Shown here in pieces: positions 20,014 through 30,579 of a DNA stretch of 64,000 bases. Each line of letters opens with the position of its first letter. The stretch's first letter is position 1. The stretch covers positions 1 through 64,000 of the forward strand of contig JBGSUI010000067.1 of the NCBI GenBank assembly GCA_041736175.1, written 5' to 3'. The position numbers and the translations under genes were made by a program. The DNA comes from Oligoflexales bacterium (GTDB lineage Bacteria > Bdellovibrionota_B > Oligoflexia > Oligoflexales > CAIYRB01). Below the pieces are notes generated by a model that was given only the letters and a program-made list of their open reading frames with translations, did no database searches and had not been told where the DNA came from.

Positions 20014-20093
20014 CAATCCTCCGGTGAACGCGGGATGTTAATGGCGAATGCCCAAAAAATCAAGCATAAAGACCCGTCACGGCGGTCTTATCC

Positions 20094-21194
20094 TCAGTTT
20101 TGTAGAGGTTTTCTCGCAAAAATCCCGGCTTTCTCCCCGAGAAACGGCCAAATCTTAAGCAAGGTGATCGTGATCGCGATCACGATCGGCCCTAGAAAGA
20201 CTCCGACAATTCCGAAAAAGTGGATGCCGCCAAAGATGGCCACCATGCTCACCAGAGGGTGCATTTCGCCACGGCCTTTCAACACGAGAGGTCGCACGAA
20301 ATTATCGATCACCCCGGTAAAGATTCCTAAGAGGATCAAGATGCCAAGCTTAACCAGGGAGTCGATCGAGTAGAGGTAGACCGATCCCGCCAGGATGACT
20401 GGTGCGCTGCCCAGGAGGGGAATCCATGCAAAGATAAAAGTTGCAGCTCCCGCGAGGAGGGCAGAGGGGATTCCAAGGATGGCAAAACCAAGGATCACAA
20501 TGATGCTTTGGGTCCCGGCAGCCGCGACGCTGGCCCAGACGACCGACAGGGCGGTATCCTGGAATGAACAGCGAATTTTATCTCGAATTTCGAGGTCTAT
20601 GGGCAGTTTGTCCATAAGCCAGGTCACACCACGGGGACCGTCTGTCAAAAAAAAGAAGCAAGCTAAAACGGCAAGGAGGATTTGGAGGAGGGCGTCGGGC
20701 AGTGATTTAGCTGTGTTGATCATCGATTCGCTAGAGCTTTTAAGGACAGACCCCAGAACATCTTTTAAGCCTTCGCGCAGGTCACCGATATCCACAAGGA
20801 TCGAGTTTTCTGAAAAAAACTTCACCTCCCAGTGCTTGAGAGTTTCGAGAAACTGGATCGCGCTTTGTCCCGAGTCTTGGGTGATGGTTTGGGCGAGTGT
20901 CATAGCCTGGCGGGTTGCAATCAGCGTGATCACGAGGATAGGGCCAACGATGGCAAAAACCACGAGCAAGGTAACAAAGGTCGCTGCAGTGATGGGCTTG
21001 AAACGTCGTTTGAGGAGTCGCTCGTAGAGCGGATACATGAGCAGAGCCATAATGCCTCCCATCATCAGGGGAATGGCATAGGGGAGGAGGAGCCGTCCTG
21101 CTAAAAACAAGAAAGCTCCAAGAACTAACAAGAAGGCCCACAAGGATGATTTGTCTTGGGTGGATGGATTTGGTGGTATGGTCGACTGGGCCAT
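20094..21194 (-). CDS. AI-2E family transporter
   Basis: Multi-TM; IPLLGS, DNFVRP, HPL...IFGG...FG...GVFLGP; GGAGG RBS before ATG 21194. Confidence 0.9.
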   Translation of the reverse strand: MAQSTIPPNPSTQDKSSLWAFLLVLGAFLFLAGRLLLPYAIPLMMGGIMALLMYPLYERLLKRRFKPITAATFVTLLVVFAIVGPILVITLIATRQAMTLAQTITQDSGQSAIQFLETLKHWEVKFFSENSILVDIGDLREGLKDVLGSVLKSSSESMINTAKSLPDALLQILLAVLACFFFLTDGPRGVTWLMDKLPIDLEIRDKIRCSFQDTALSVVWASVAAAGTQSIIVILGFAILGIPSALLAGAATFIFAWIPLLGSAPVILAGSVYLYSIDSLVKLGILILLGIFTGVIDNFVRPLVLKGRGEMHPLVSMVAIFGGIHFFGIVGVFLGPIVIAITITLLKIWPFLGEKAGIFARKPLQN

Positions 21195-21280
21195 GGTTGG
21201 TATCCTCCAGGAGCTAGATTCTGAAAGCCAGAAGATCATATTTTTCTGCCTTTTCCAAACCCAATCAAAATTTTTTCTAA

Positions 21281-22402
<1,122 letters not shown>

Positions 22403-22420
22403 CCTCGATAGATATTGCAA

Positions 22421-22463
22421 GCACACACCCAAGGGGCCACTTGACCTCTTGGGTGTGTTTTTA
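22421..22463 (+). terminator. Rho-independent terminator after mreB
   Basis: ACACACCCAAGGGG...CCTCTTGGGTGTGT followed by T run. Confidence 0.8.
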
Positions 22464-22658
22464 ATCACTTCCTTGTCCTATTCGATAGGTTGAGGTAGTT
22501 TAAAGGCTATTTCCGAATTACGCGGGATTTTCGACCTATGCTTCCAAGAAACAGAAATCCTTCGGGGCCGGCAAGGAGGCTTCTTCTTCAAATCAGCTAG
22601 CAGCATGGCGTGAAGTTAAATGTATTTGCAAAAGAAAATTCAGAACTAGAGAAGGTAG

Positions 22659-23183
22659 TTGAAGTTGCTGAGTGAAAACGAAATTAAAGAAGAATTGAGT
22701 TACGCATACCTTCATGCAGTAGCGGCAAAAGTCGGGTATTCTTGTGATCGCCCCAATAAAGACAAAGATAGTATAGATGCCAAAGTGTTCGCTCGATGGG
22801 AAGACAGTGAGGGAATTGAGTTTACTTCTCCAGAGATTTCATTTCAACTAAAGGCAACAGTCAAATGTGAAGTAAAAAATGGCAAGTTTTCATTCGATCT
22901 TTCGATGAAAAACTATCGTGATTTGAAGAAAAAACATCCGTTTCCCCGCTTATTATTGGTATTAGTATTACCTGAGAACTCTGAAGAATGGTTAGATGTG
23001 AGCAGTGAATATTTGATTTCTAAAAAATGTTGCTATTGGTGCAACATGATGCCGCTACCTGATATTAATAACGATTCAAAAATACGAGTCGCCATTCATA
23101 CATCAAATTTGCTAACTCCAGAAATCCTCAGAAAATTAATGGAAAAATCCGCAAGACGAGAGGAGATAGGCCATGGTCTCTGA
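22659..23183 (+). CDS. DUF4365-like protein (PD-(D/E)XK-like fold)
   Basis: EELSYAYLHAVAAxxG, DxDSID, FQLKAT, KNYRDL, PRLLLVLVLP, EWL. Confidence 0.8.
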   Translation: MKLLSENEIKEELSYAYLHAVAAKVGYSCDRPNKDKDSIDAKVFARWEDSEGIEFTSPEISFQLKATVKCEVKNGKFSFDLSMKNYRDLKKKHPFPRLLLVLVLPENSEEWLDVSSEYLISKKCCYWCNMMPLPDINNDSKIRVAIHTSNLLTPEILRKLMEKSARREEIGHGL

Positions 23184-24291
23184 AGAGATCTCACTCTGCA
23201 AAATGATTAGGCCAAGAGGGCTCAATAAATATCTCACTCATAAGGGCTGGAAAAAAATACACTCAAAGTTTAGTGATGTAAATGTCTTCAGAAATGATGG
23301 TGAAGAGATCATAGTACCCATAGATAAATCTCTAGATGATTATAACGACCTATTATTGACCGCTATAGACAAACTTGTTGGCATCGAAAAGCGCTCACGG
23401 CAATCCATTATCGATGCACTTGTCATGCCATCGAGCGATATAATAAATTTTCGGCTTAACGATTCATCGACTAGGGAAGGGTATATTTCATTAGTAAAAG
23501 GACCTCAATTTTTGATGTCTTGTCAGAAAGCTTTGCTGGCTGCAGCCTGTTCTGTGGAAGATCCTCAAAGACACTATCAAAAGCTTTCAAGATCGGTGGC
23601 AAAAAGTTTCCTCGAGGAGTGTAAATTTAACACTAAGGCAGGAAGTTTTGTGGTTAATATCATGTGTCCCCTTGATGCTGTAGAAGAGTCTACAATTAGC
23701 GACAATGCAAAAAAAGCGAAAATATCTCAGATTGAGCCGTTTACTCGAACTGTTACCAGAACACTAACAACAATGATGGAAGACATCTTGAAATTTGTAG
23801 ATAATGGCGATGATAAGGATGTGCTTCCGTCTACGAGCCTTGTTAATTCGAATTTTTGTAAAGCAATCATAGGTATGTGTCCAGAAAATGAATCTTCGTT
23901 TTTAGAGGTTTCAGCATTCGATACCTTTGGTTCTTCAATCGGTCAAACAGTAGCAATCCCTCAGGCTTATTTCAAACAAATCGAGTCATTGGCAATTAAA
24001 TTGACACCAACAGTGGATCCATCTGACCAGTTTGTAACTGGTTTAGTAACGGATCTTCATGGAGAAAGAACCCCTGATGGTCGACCAGCAGGTGATATTG
24101 AAGTATCATTTCAATACAACGATGAAGATATAATTAAAGCTCGAGCGACGTTAAATGTAGACGATTATGCTACAGCTCTAAAGGCCCATAGTAATGGCCA
24201 TTACGTTTCTCTAAGAGGCACACTAAAATTAGGCAATCGATCACACAGAATATCAGACGTTTTTGAGTTTAAGGATCTGCAAAGTGGCTGA
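23173..24291 (+). CDS. Hypothetical partner of DUF4365
   Basis: 372 aa, overlaps the upstream stop, GAGGAG RBS; YLxxxGW N-terminus, GSFVV, SNFCKAI, C-terminal OB-like segment. Paralog at 63380-64000. Confidence 0.75.
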   Translation: MVSEEISLCKMIRPRGLNKYLTHKGWKKIHSKFSDVNVFRNDGEEIIVPIDKSLDDYNDLLLTAIDKLVGIEKRSRQSIIDALVMPSSDIINFRLNDSSTREGYISLVKGPQFLMSCQKALLAAACSVEDPQRHYQKLSRSVAKSFLEECKFNTKAGSFVVNIMCPLDAVEESTISDNAKKAKISQIEPFTRTVTRTLTTMMEDILKFVDNGDDKDVLPSTSLVNSNFCKAIIGMCPENESSFLEVSAFDTFGSSIGQTVAIPQAYFKQIESLAIKLTPTVDPSDQFVTGLVTDLHGERTPDGRPAGDIEVSFQYNDEDIIKARATLNVDDYATALKAHSNGHYVSLRGTLKLGNRSHRISDVFEFKDLQSG

Positions 24292-24324
24292 ACACTGCCT
24301 ATTGGGTGTGGGCTTTTACTTGTT

Positions 24325-24690
24325 TTAGGCAGTCTCAAGGTTTACTTCGATGGGAGATAACTTTTTAAAATTGCCTTTGAGAACATAAAGACTACGCAAA
24401 GCATACTGTGGGAGCAGTCCAATATGGTTGGCCAAGAGCGTTCTGACTCCGTTTTCCGTGGCTGGGTCCATGCCGGTCGTTGCTAAACCCTTTGCTTCCC
24501 ACTGGCTAATCATGGAATGGGACTTTAGGCCGATGTCTTTGGCAAGCTCCCCTTGGGTTTTTCGCATATATCCCCTGACAAAGGACAGCTCCGCACCGGT
24601 CAGTTTGTGAGTCGACCAGAGCAGTGCATGGAATACTCCGAGCTCCAAGGCAGCGTGATTTAAAATGGGTTGAATCCTCCGAGAAAAATA
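24325..24690 (-). pseudogene. 5'-truncated XRE/MqsA-like HTH antitoxin
   Basis: LTGAELSFVRGYMRKTQGELAKDIG...ISQWE HTH. Upstream part runs into a non-coding-looking repeat/hairpin region; no cognate toxin. Confidence 0.6.
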
Positions 24691-24949
24691 TTCGGTGGCT
24701 CCCATGGCTCCCATGGAATGGGGGGGGGCAACTCTGGTGCAAACGCGCACTGGAATCTGGAGACCTCCAATCCGACCATCGGAGGCTCCACTAATCCCAT
24801 TCTGGATTCCCGTTCCCAGGAACGGGGGTGCGCACTGGAACGGAATCCAGAACAGAGTTACACCAGAAAAAACAAATCAACAGCAACCAGTGCAGCAGTC
24901 CTTGGGAACCAATCACAATACCTATCAGCCAGCGCCGCTACACTAAACA

Positions 24950-27317
24950 TCACGACTTTAGAGCGGTCGTTGAATATCCATTGCCGCTGATACTGACCCA
25001 ACTGCTCTGACTACCCACCTGGATAGGAGCAGACCGGTTGTTGGTGTCCCCCACCCCAAGCTGGCCGCTAGAGTTACTTCCAAAAGCCCAGAGAGTCCCG
25101 TCAGTTCTTCTTCCAAGGATATACCATGATCCTACCGCCAGCTCAGCCCAGGTGCTTAAACTCCCAACCTGGACAGGGCTTGAACGTCTAGTAGTGTCCC
25201 CCAACCCCAGCTGGCCCATTTGGTTATCCCCAAAAGCCCAAAGAGTCCCGTCAGTTCTTCTGCCAAGAGTATGGATGATTCCTACAGCCACCTCAGCCCA
25301 GCTGCTTAAACTACCCACCTGGACGGGGCTTGAGCGGTTAGCCGTGTCCCCCACCCCAAGCTGACCCACATCGTTAAGTCCAAAGGCCCAGAGAGTTCCG
25401 TCAGTTCTTCTGCCAAGACTATGATCGCCCACCGCCACCACAGCCCAGCTGCTTAAATTTCCGACCTGGACGGGGCTTGAGCGTTTTGTCCTGTCCCCCA
25501 ACCCGAGCTGGCCGTAAGAGTTTTTCCCAAAAGCCCACAGAGTCCCGTCGGAGCGCCTACCAAGGGTATGCCAGGGTCCCACCGCCACCTCAGTCCAGCT
25601 GCTTAAACTACCCACCTGGACGGGGCTTGAGCGGTAAACCGTGTTCCCCACCCCAAGCTGGCCGTAAGAGTTATTCCCAAAAGCCCACAGAGTCCCGTCG
25701 GTTCTTCTCCCAAGGGTATGGGTTCCCCCCGCCATCGTGGCCCAGCTGCTTAAACTCCCAACCTGGACAGGGCTTGAGCGTCTAGTAGTGTCCCCCAACC
25801 CCAGCTGGCCCATTTGGTTATCCCCAAAAGCCCAAAGAGTCCCATCAGTTCTTCTGCCAAGAGTATGGAAGATTCCTCCAGCCACCTCAGCCCAGCTGCT
25901 TAAATTTCCCACTTGGACGGGGCTTGAGCGATTGGTCACGTCCCCCACCCCAAGCTGGCCGTAAGAGTTATCCCCAAAAACCCACAAAGTGAACTTCGTC
26001 GGTCCGGTGCGGGCGATTGTGTGGTGGCCTTTCCCCATCACTTCCACCCAAGAGCTTAAGGTCCCCACCTGTACGGGGCTACTGCGATTTGTTGTGTCCC
26101 CTATGCCCAGCTGGCCGACATTGTTCCATCCAAAAGTCCACAGGGTGCCATCTGTGCGGCGCGCTGCGGTTTTGTTTGCTCCGCCCGCTACTTCAGTCCA
26201 AGAGCTTAAACTCCCAACCTGCACGGGGCTACTGCGGCTTGCCGCATCGCCCAGGCCCAGTTGGCCCGAATTGTTATAGCCAACAGTCCATAGGGTGCCG
26301 TCGGTGCGGCGCGCAACGAAGTGCCAGATGCCCCCCGCTACCTCACTCCAGGAGCTTAAAGTGCCTACCTGAACGGGGCTACTGCGATTTGCCTGGTCCC
26401 CCAGGCCCAGCTGCCCATAAGTAGAGTTTTGGCCAAAAGCCCATAAGGTGCCGTCTGTGCGGCGCGCAATGGTGTGGTTGGCTCCTCCCGCTACCTCCGT
26501 CCAAGAGCTTAAAGTCCCCACCTGCACCGGGCTACTGCGGCCTACCGTGCTGACTAGGCCCAGCTGTCCGTAAAAATTGTCGCCAAAGGTCCATAGGGTG
26601 CCGTCGGTGCGGCGGGCTATAGTGTGCTGGAATCCCCCCGCCAACTCACACCAGGAGCTTAACGACCCCACCTGCACGGGGCTACTGCGGTTTGCAACGT
26701 CCCCTAGGCCCAGCTGGCCAGCACTGTTACTACCAAAAGCCCATAGGGTGCCGTCACTGCGGAGATTAACGGTGTGGGTATAACCCGCCGCCAGCTCACT
26801 CCATGAGCTTAACGACCCCACCTGCACGGGGCTACTACGCCCATTCAGGTCGCCTAATCCTAGCTGGCCATAAGAGTTTTGGCCAAAAGCCCATAGTGTG
26901 CCGTCTGTGCGGCGCGCAACGGTGTGGTTGTTTCCCCCCGCCACCTCACTCCAAGAGCTTAAAGAGCCCACCTGCACGGGGCTACTGCGATTTGCCGTAT
27001 CGCCAAGACCCAGCTGGCCGGCATAGTTTTGCCCAAAAGCCCACAGTCCATAAACTTCTGATGGTTGAGTCTGTTTCTTTTTCATAAACATCGCCATATT
27101 GCCAAAACCCAGCCCCTGATCCCCCTCCAGCGCCAGCCATGACCCTAAAGCCACCTTGGGCAAGGTGCCGATCAGCTCGCGACGCGAGAGGGTATCGGGT
27201 TCTTGGGGCTTATCAGCAGCTTCGGGGGGGGGGGGGGGGAGTGTCGGGGAGAGCCTCCTTTTCTGGAGCTTCAGCAACGGTTTGCGTAGGGAGAGCAACT
27301 TTGCGGTCATCGGCCAT
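24950..27317 (-). CDS. RCC1-repeat protein, 14 repeats (two 7-bladed propellers), Tat-like signal, poly-C tract in 5' region
   Basis: 14 units of GTLWAFGxNxxGQLGxGDxxxRSSPVQVGxLSSWxEVA (about 50 aa); LSRRELI twin-Arg-like motif. Open from ATG 27310; the better-RBS ATG 27317 is out of frame by 1 nt. Confidence 0.9.
27224..27239 (-). repeat. C16 homopolymer (G16 on +) inside the RCC1 gene 5' end
   Basis: 16 consecutive G at 27224-27239. Confidence 0.9.
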
Positions 27318-27619
27318 AAAAGTTTCCTTTTTTTGAAAGTTTAGAAATGATTTTTTGATTGTATCAGCCACCTACAAGACCTGTCAAAAAAAAGACCGGT
27401 CACACCATTGCTGAATTTTGAGTGCCGACTATGATCTTCACTTTTCACTAACATTAATCTCTCGACTGTCTCAGTTTTAGACATCAAAATCGGCAATCGA
27501 GCTAAAAAACCAAATATTTTCATTTTATATTTGATGGCCCCTAAATTGCAGAGTCCTAGCAATCTAGAACTGATTCCGAGGTTTTTTGGGGAAAAATACT
27601 ATTTTGTTGAGGCTTAATC

Positions 27620-29098
27620 ATGCAAAAACTGCGTACTATTCTTGATAAAAACATCAATCGATTTATAAGTATACTAACAATTGGTCTGATCCTTGCTCGT
27701 TGTCATCCCCAACAAAGATCGGAGTTGCAAGGTAACCCATGCCTCGATGTCAGATCTGAGAGTCATGGGGCCAAATTTGTTTCGCCACATAAGAGTGCCA
27801 ACTTTAGGGGGAAAATCGCCCGATCGTTACAAGAAAGTAAGAACTATCCTCAGCTTGTTGAGAAAGTTCTAGAAGCTGGCAATCAAGTTCCCGGAATCTC
27901 TTCCGTTGAAACCCATCGGCTCATCCTAGGTGCCGTACTAGACACTCCCTGCGGTGGCGATACCACATGCCAAAAGCTCTTACCACCAGGCAAGATCAAT
28001 CGGCTTATGGATGACGCTTATAAGCTAGCAGGATCGAGACCGTCGGCAGGGCGGGGTAATTTTAAACCTGTTGGCTCACCTGAACAGGAGGGCACCAAGT
28101 CAAGAGCTCATAACAATCCAAAAGAAACCTGTGGCACTCTGTTAAGCTCTCTATCACTCCGCGATAACGGAGATTATAAAACAGTATCGCCCTTACAGAC
28201 CTCATCTCCCTCTTTCGATTACAGCCATAATGGTCATAAGTTAAACCAGGGGTACACGGGATTTTGCCATGTATTTTCGTTGTTAGAACTACTTCGACAT
28301 CATCCAGCGATTAAGGTAGCCAAAAACATTGATGCCATTCGCTTTATTGCGGAGATTTGGGCCAACCAATATGGAGAAAACATCGAGAAGGCCATCCAAG
28401 CAGAGAGTGATTTTCTTATGCAACTAGGTGGAAGATTCTCCGGAGAGCTTGCGCGAAACATGCACTTTAAAACAGCTGATGCTAAAACGAAAAAACAGAT
28501 TTTAGATAAAATCTTAGAGGAAAAGAAAGACTGGGTCATTGAATTTCAAACGGGGTATGCCGAAAAGGACTTCGAGTACCTTAAGAATCACGGAGCCCCG
28601 CTGCAAACAAACGAACTTCGCAAGATATCAATCAATGATCTGGGAGAAATATCTAAAAAAATAGCTAGAGCGCGGCGTGCACACATTGACAATGTCATCA
28701 ACGGTGGCGGTTATGATATCCAAGATAATATTAAAGCGGCTGTTTCTGAAGCTATCGTATCGATATTCAAAATAAGAGATGAGAATCATTTAGCGAAATC
28801 GAGCGCTGAACACCGCGCCAGAGTCAAAGAGGAGCTTAGTAAATTTGATGCTTTAAAAGTCAATAAAAGTAATCATTATTTGGAAAATCAAAGCAAATTC
28901 TTGCGCGATTTGCAGCGAAAACAACCAATGTCTATTGGATTATCAAGTCATGCGATCACTCTCGTGGGATATGACTCTACAAGACAAGTTTTTAAATTGC
29001 GCGATTCAAATTATGATGTGTATGAATATCTCGAGGTCAAACCCGATGAAATTTTACAAAATATCGAAAGCCACTTTTTGCTAGTGCCTAAACCATAA
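27620..29098 (+). CDS. Papain-like (C1-related) cysteine peptidase, exported
   Basis: NQGYTGFCHVFS (Q...C), HAITLVGYD (His), LRDS at the usual NS position; signal with possible lipobox LARC. Confidence 0.7.
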   Translation: MQKLRTILDKNINRFISILTIGLILARCHPQQRSELQGNPCLDVRSESHGAKFVSPHKSANFRGKIARSLQESKNYPQLVEKVLEAGNQVPGISSVETHRLILGAVLDTPCGGDTTCQKLLPPGKINRLMDDAYKLAGSRPSAGRGNFKPVGSPEQEGTKSRAHNNPKETCGTLLSSLSLRDNGDYKTVSPLQTSSPSFDYSHNGHKLNQGYTGFCHVFSLLELLRHHPAIKVAKNIDAIRFIAEIWANQYGENIEKAIQAESDFLMQLGGRFSGELARNMHFKTADAKTKKQILDKILEEKKDWVIEFQTGYAEKDFEYLKNHGAPLQTNELRKISINDLGEISKKIARARRAHIDNVINGGGYDIQDNIKAAVSEAIVSIFKIRDENHLAKSSAEHRARVKEELSKFDALKVNKSNHYLENQSKFLRDLQRKQPMSIGLSSHAITLVGYDSTRQVFKLRDSNYDVYEYLEVKPDEILQNIESHFLLVPKP

Positions 29099-29166
29099 CT
29101 CTATCGAATCCCTGAGGCTCCAATACTCTACCTATAGATGTTTTCCTCGCCTAATGGTGCGGCCAT

Positions 29167-30414
29167 TTAAAGCACCTTTAAGAGAAGTCCCTTGAGGTAG
29201 TGGGACTCGGGAAACGATAGCAGCACTGGATGGTCCTCCCCTTGGTTAAACCAACGGCTGATTTGTGCGTCCCGTCTTGCATCGGTGCTTGCACCAAACA
29301 CAATCTTTTGAAAAAGATCGGGGTTTATATGGCCTGAACAGGAAAAAGTGGCTAAGAATCCGCCGGGGGCTACGAGTTTGAGTCCCCAAAGATTGAGATC
29401 TTTATAACCTCGGGCAGCTTTGGGGATATGGGACTCCTTAGCCGCAAATTTGGGGGGATCGAGGATCACCAGGTCGAATCGCTCGTTGTCGGCATCGAGT
29501 TGTCTTAGGACTTTAAAGGCATCCCCTTGGATTTGGGTCCAAGCATCGGCCTGCGGCGCATCACCAAAGTTACGGCTGATATTGAGCCTTAGCCGCTCCA
29601 GGGCGGTCGCGCTCTGGTCGATGCTCACCACCTGCCGGGCTCCACCCGCGATCGCAGCGAGGGTAAATCCACCCGTATAGCTACAACAATCCAAGACCCT
29701 GAGGCCTTTTGCCATCTCTCCTATAAACTGCCGGTTGTCTCTCTGGTCATGATAAGAGCCTGTTTTTTGGCCATCCAGGAGATCCACGGCGAGTTTGATG
29801 CCGTTTTCAAGAAAGGTCACCGGCTCGGTCGGGGGGGATTTACCAGGAGCCAGTCTCCGCACCAGGACCTTTTGCTCAAGACCTTCGAGGAGGCGCATGG
29901 CATCATCGCTCCGTTCCATAAGCCCTTCCAGCCTAAAGTCTGGATCAAAAGCCTCGCGGATCAGGGACTCGGTGAGATCCCACAGGGGGTCCAGGAGTTC
30001 GCTCGCCAGTCGGTCCATCCCCGCCGTAAGCACCTGGACCACAAGCCATGAACCATATAGGTCGACGATAAGGCCGGGAAGCTGGTCCGACTCGCTCATC
30101 ACCAGACGGCATCCCGTGGTGGCTCCGGCCTTTTGTTTGAGGAGCGAAGCTCTGCGGCCCAAGGCGCTTTCGAGCCTCTTGTGCCAAAACCCCCGGTCTA
30201 GGTCCTCGGCAGGGTTAAAGGTGAGGACTCGTCCGCAAAGGTTGGTCTTAGGGTTATAGTAACCTCTACCGAGACGCTCCCCTTTGTGGCTTACAAAATC
30301 CACCAAGGATCCTGGGTCGACCTTAAGGGGGTGGCTAAGGGCCCCCGAGAAGATCCAAGGATGATGCTGTTTGAGAGGCTTTTCGCGGCCGGGTTTTAAA
30401 ATCGCATTCGTCAT
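29167..30414 (-). CDS. rlmI: 23S rRNA m5C1962 methyltransferase RlmI-like
   Basis: HPWIFSG PUA domain, SESDQLPGLIVD, GQKTG, SYTGGF, LDPPKF, YLKG. Confidence 0.9.
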   Translation of the reverse strand: MTNAILKPGREKPLKQHHPWIFSGALSHPLKVDPGSLVDFVSHKGERLGRGYYNPKTNLCGRVLTFNPAEDLDRGFWHKRLESALGRRASLLKQKAGATTGCRLVMSESDQLPGLIVDLYGSWLVVQVLTAGMDRLASELLDPLWDLTESLIREAFDPDFRLEGLMERSDDAMRLLEGLEQKVLVRRLAPGKSPPTEPVTFLENGIKLAVDLLDGQKTGSYHDQRDNRQFIGEMAKGLRVLDCCSYTGGFTLAAIAGGARQVVSIDQSATALERLRLNISRNFGDAPQADAWTQIQGDAFKVLRQLDADNERFDLVILDPPKFAAKESHIPKAARGYKDLNLWGLKLVAPGGFLATFSCSGHINPDLFQKIVFGASTDARRDAQISRWFNQGEDHPVLLSFPESHYLKGLLLKVL

Positions 30415-30579
30415 AGGATTTGCTCTCTAACACATAATTGTCAAAGTGCCATACTTTATTTGTAACATCCGAATCATAAATCAAAAAATATATATGAACT
30501 CAATCCTTTACGGGGATTATCCGATCCCCCCTTTGAGGGAATCCCTGAGGAGCCCCCCTCCAAGGAAAGGTTTGGACCG

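Noticed and set aside
25147..25940. TR/VR pair of a diversity-generating retroelement
   Set aside because: No reverse transcriptase in the window, and the mismatches are not adenine-specific.
24950..27060. Regular ~150-bp repeats as a CRISPR array
   Set aside because: The repeats are in-frame protein repeats with no unique spacers, and no cas genes are present.
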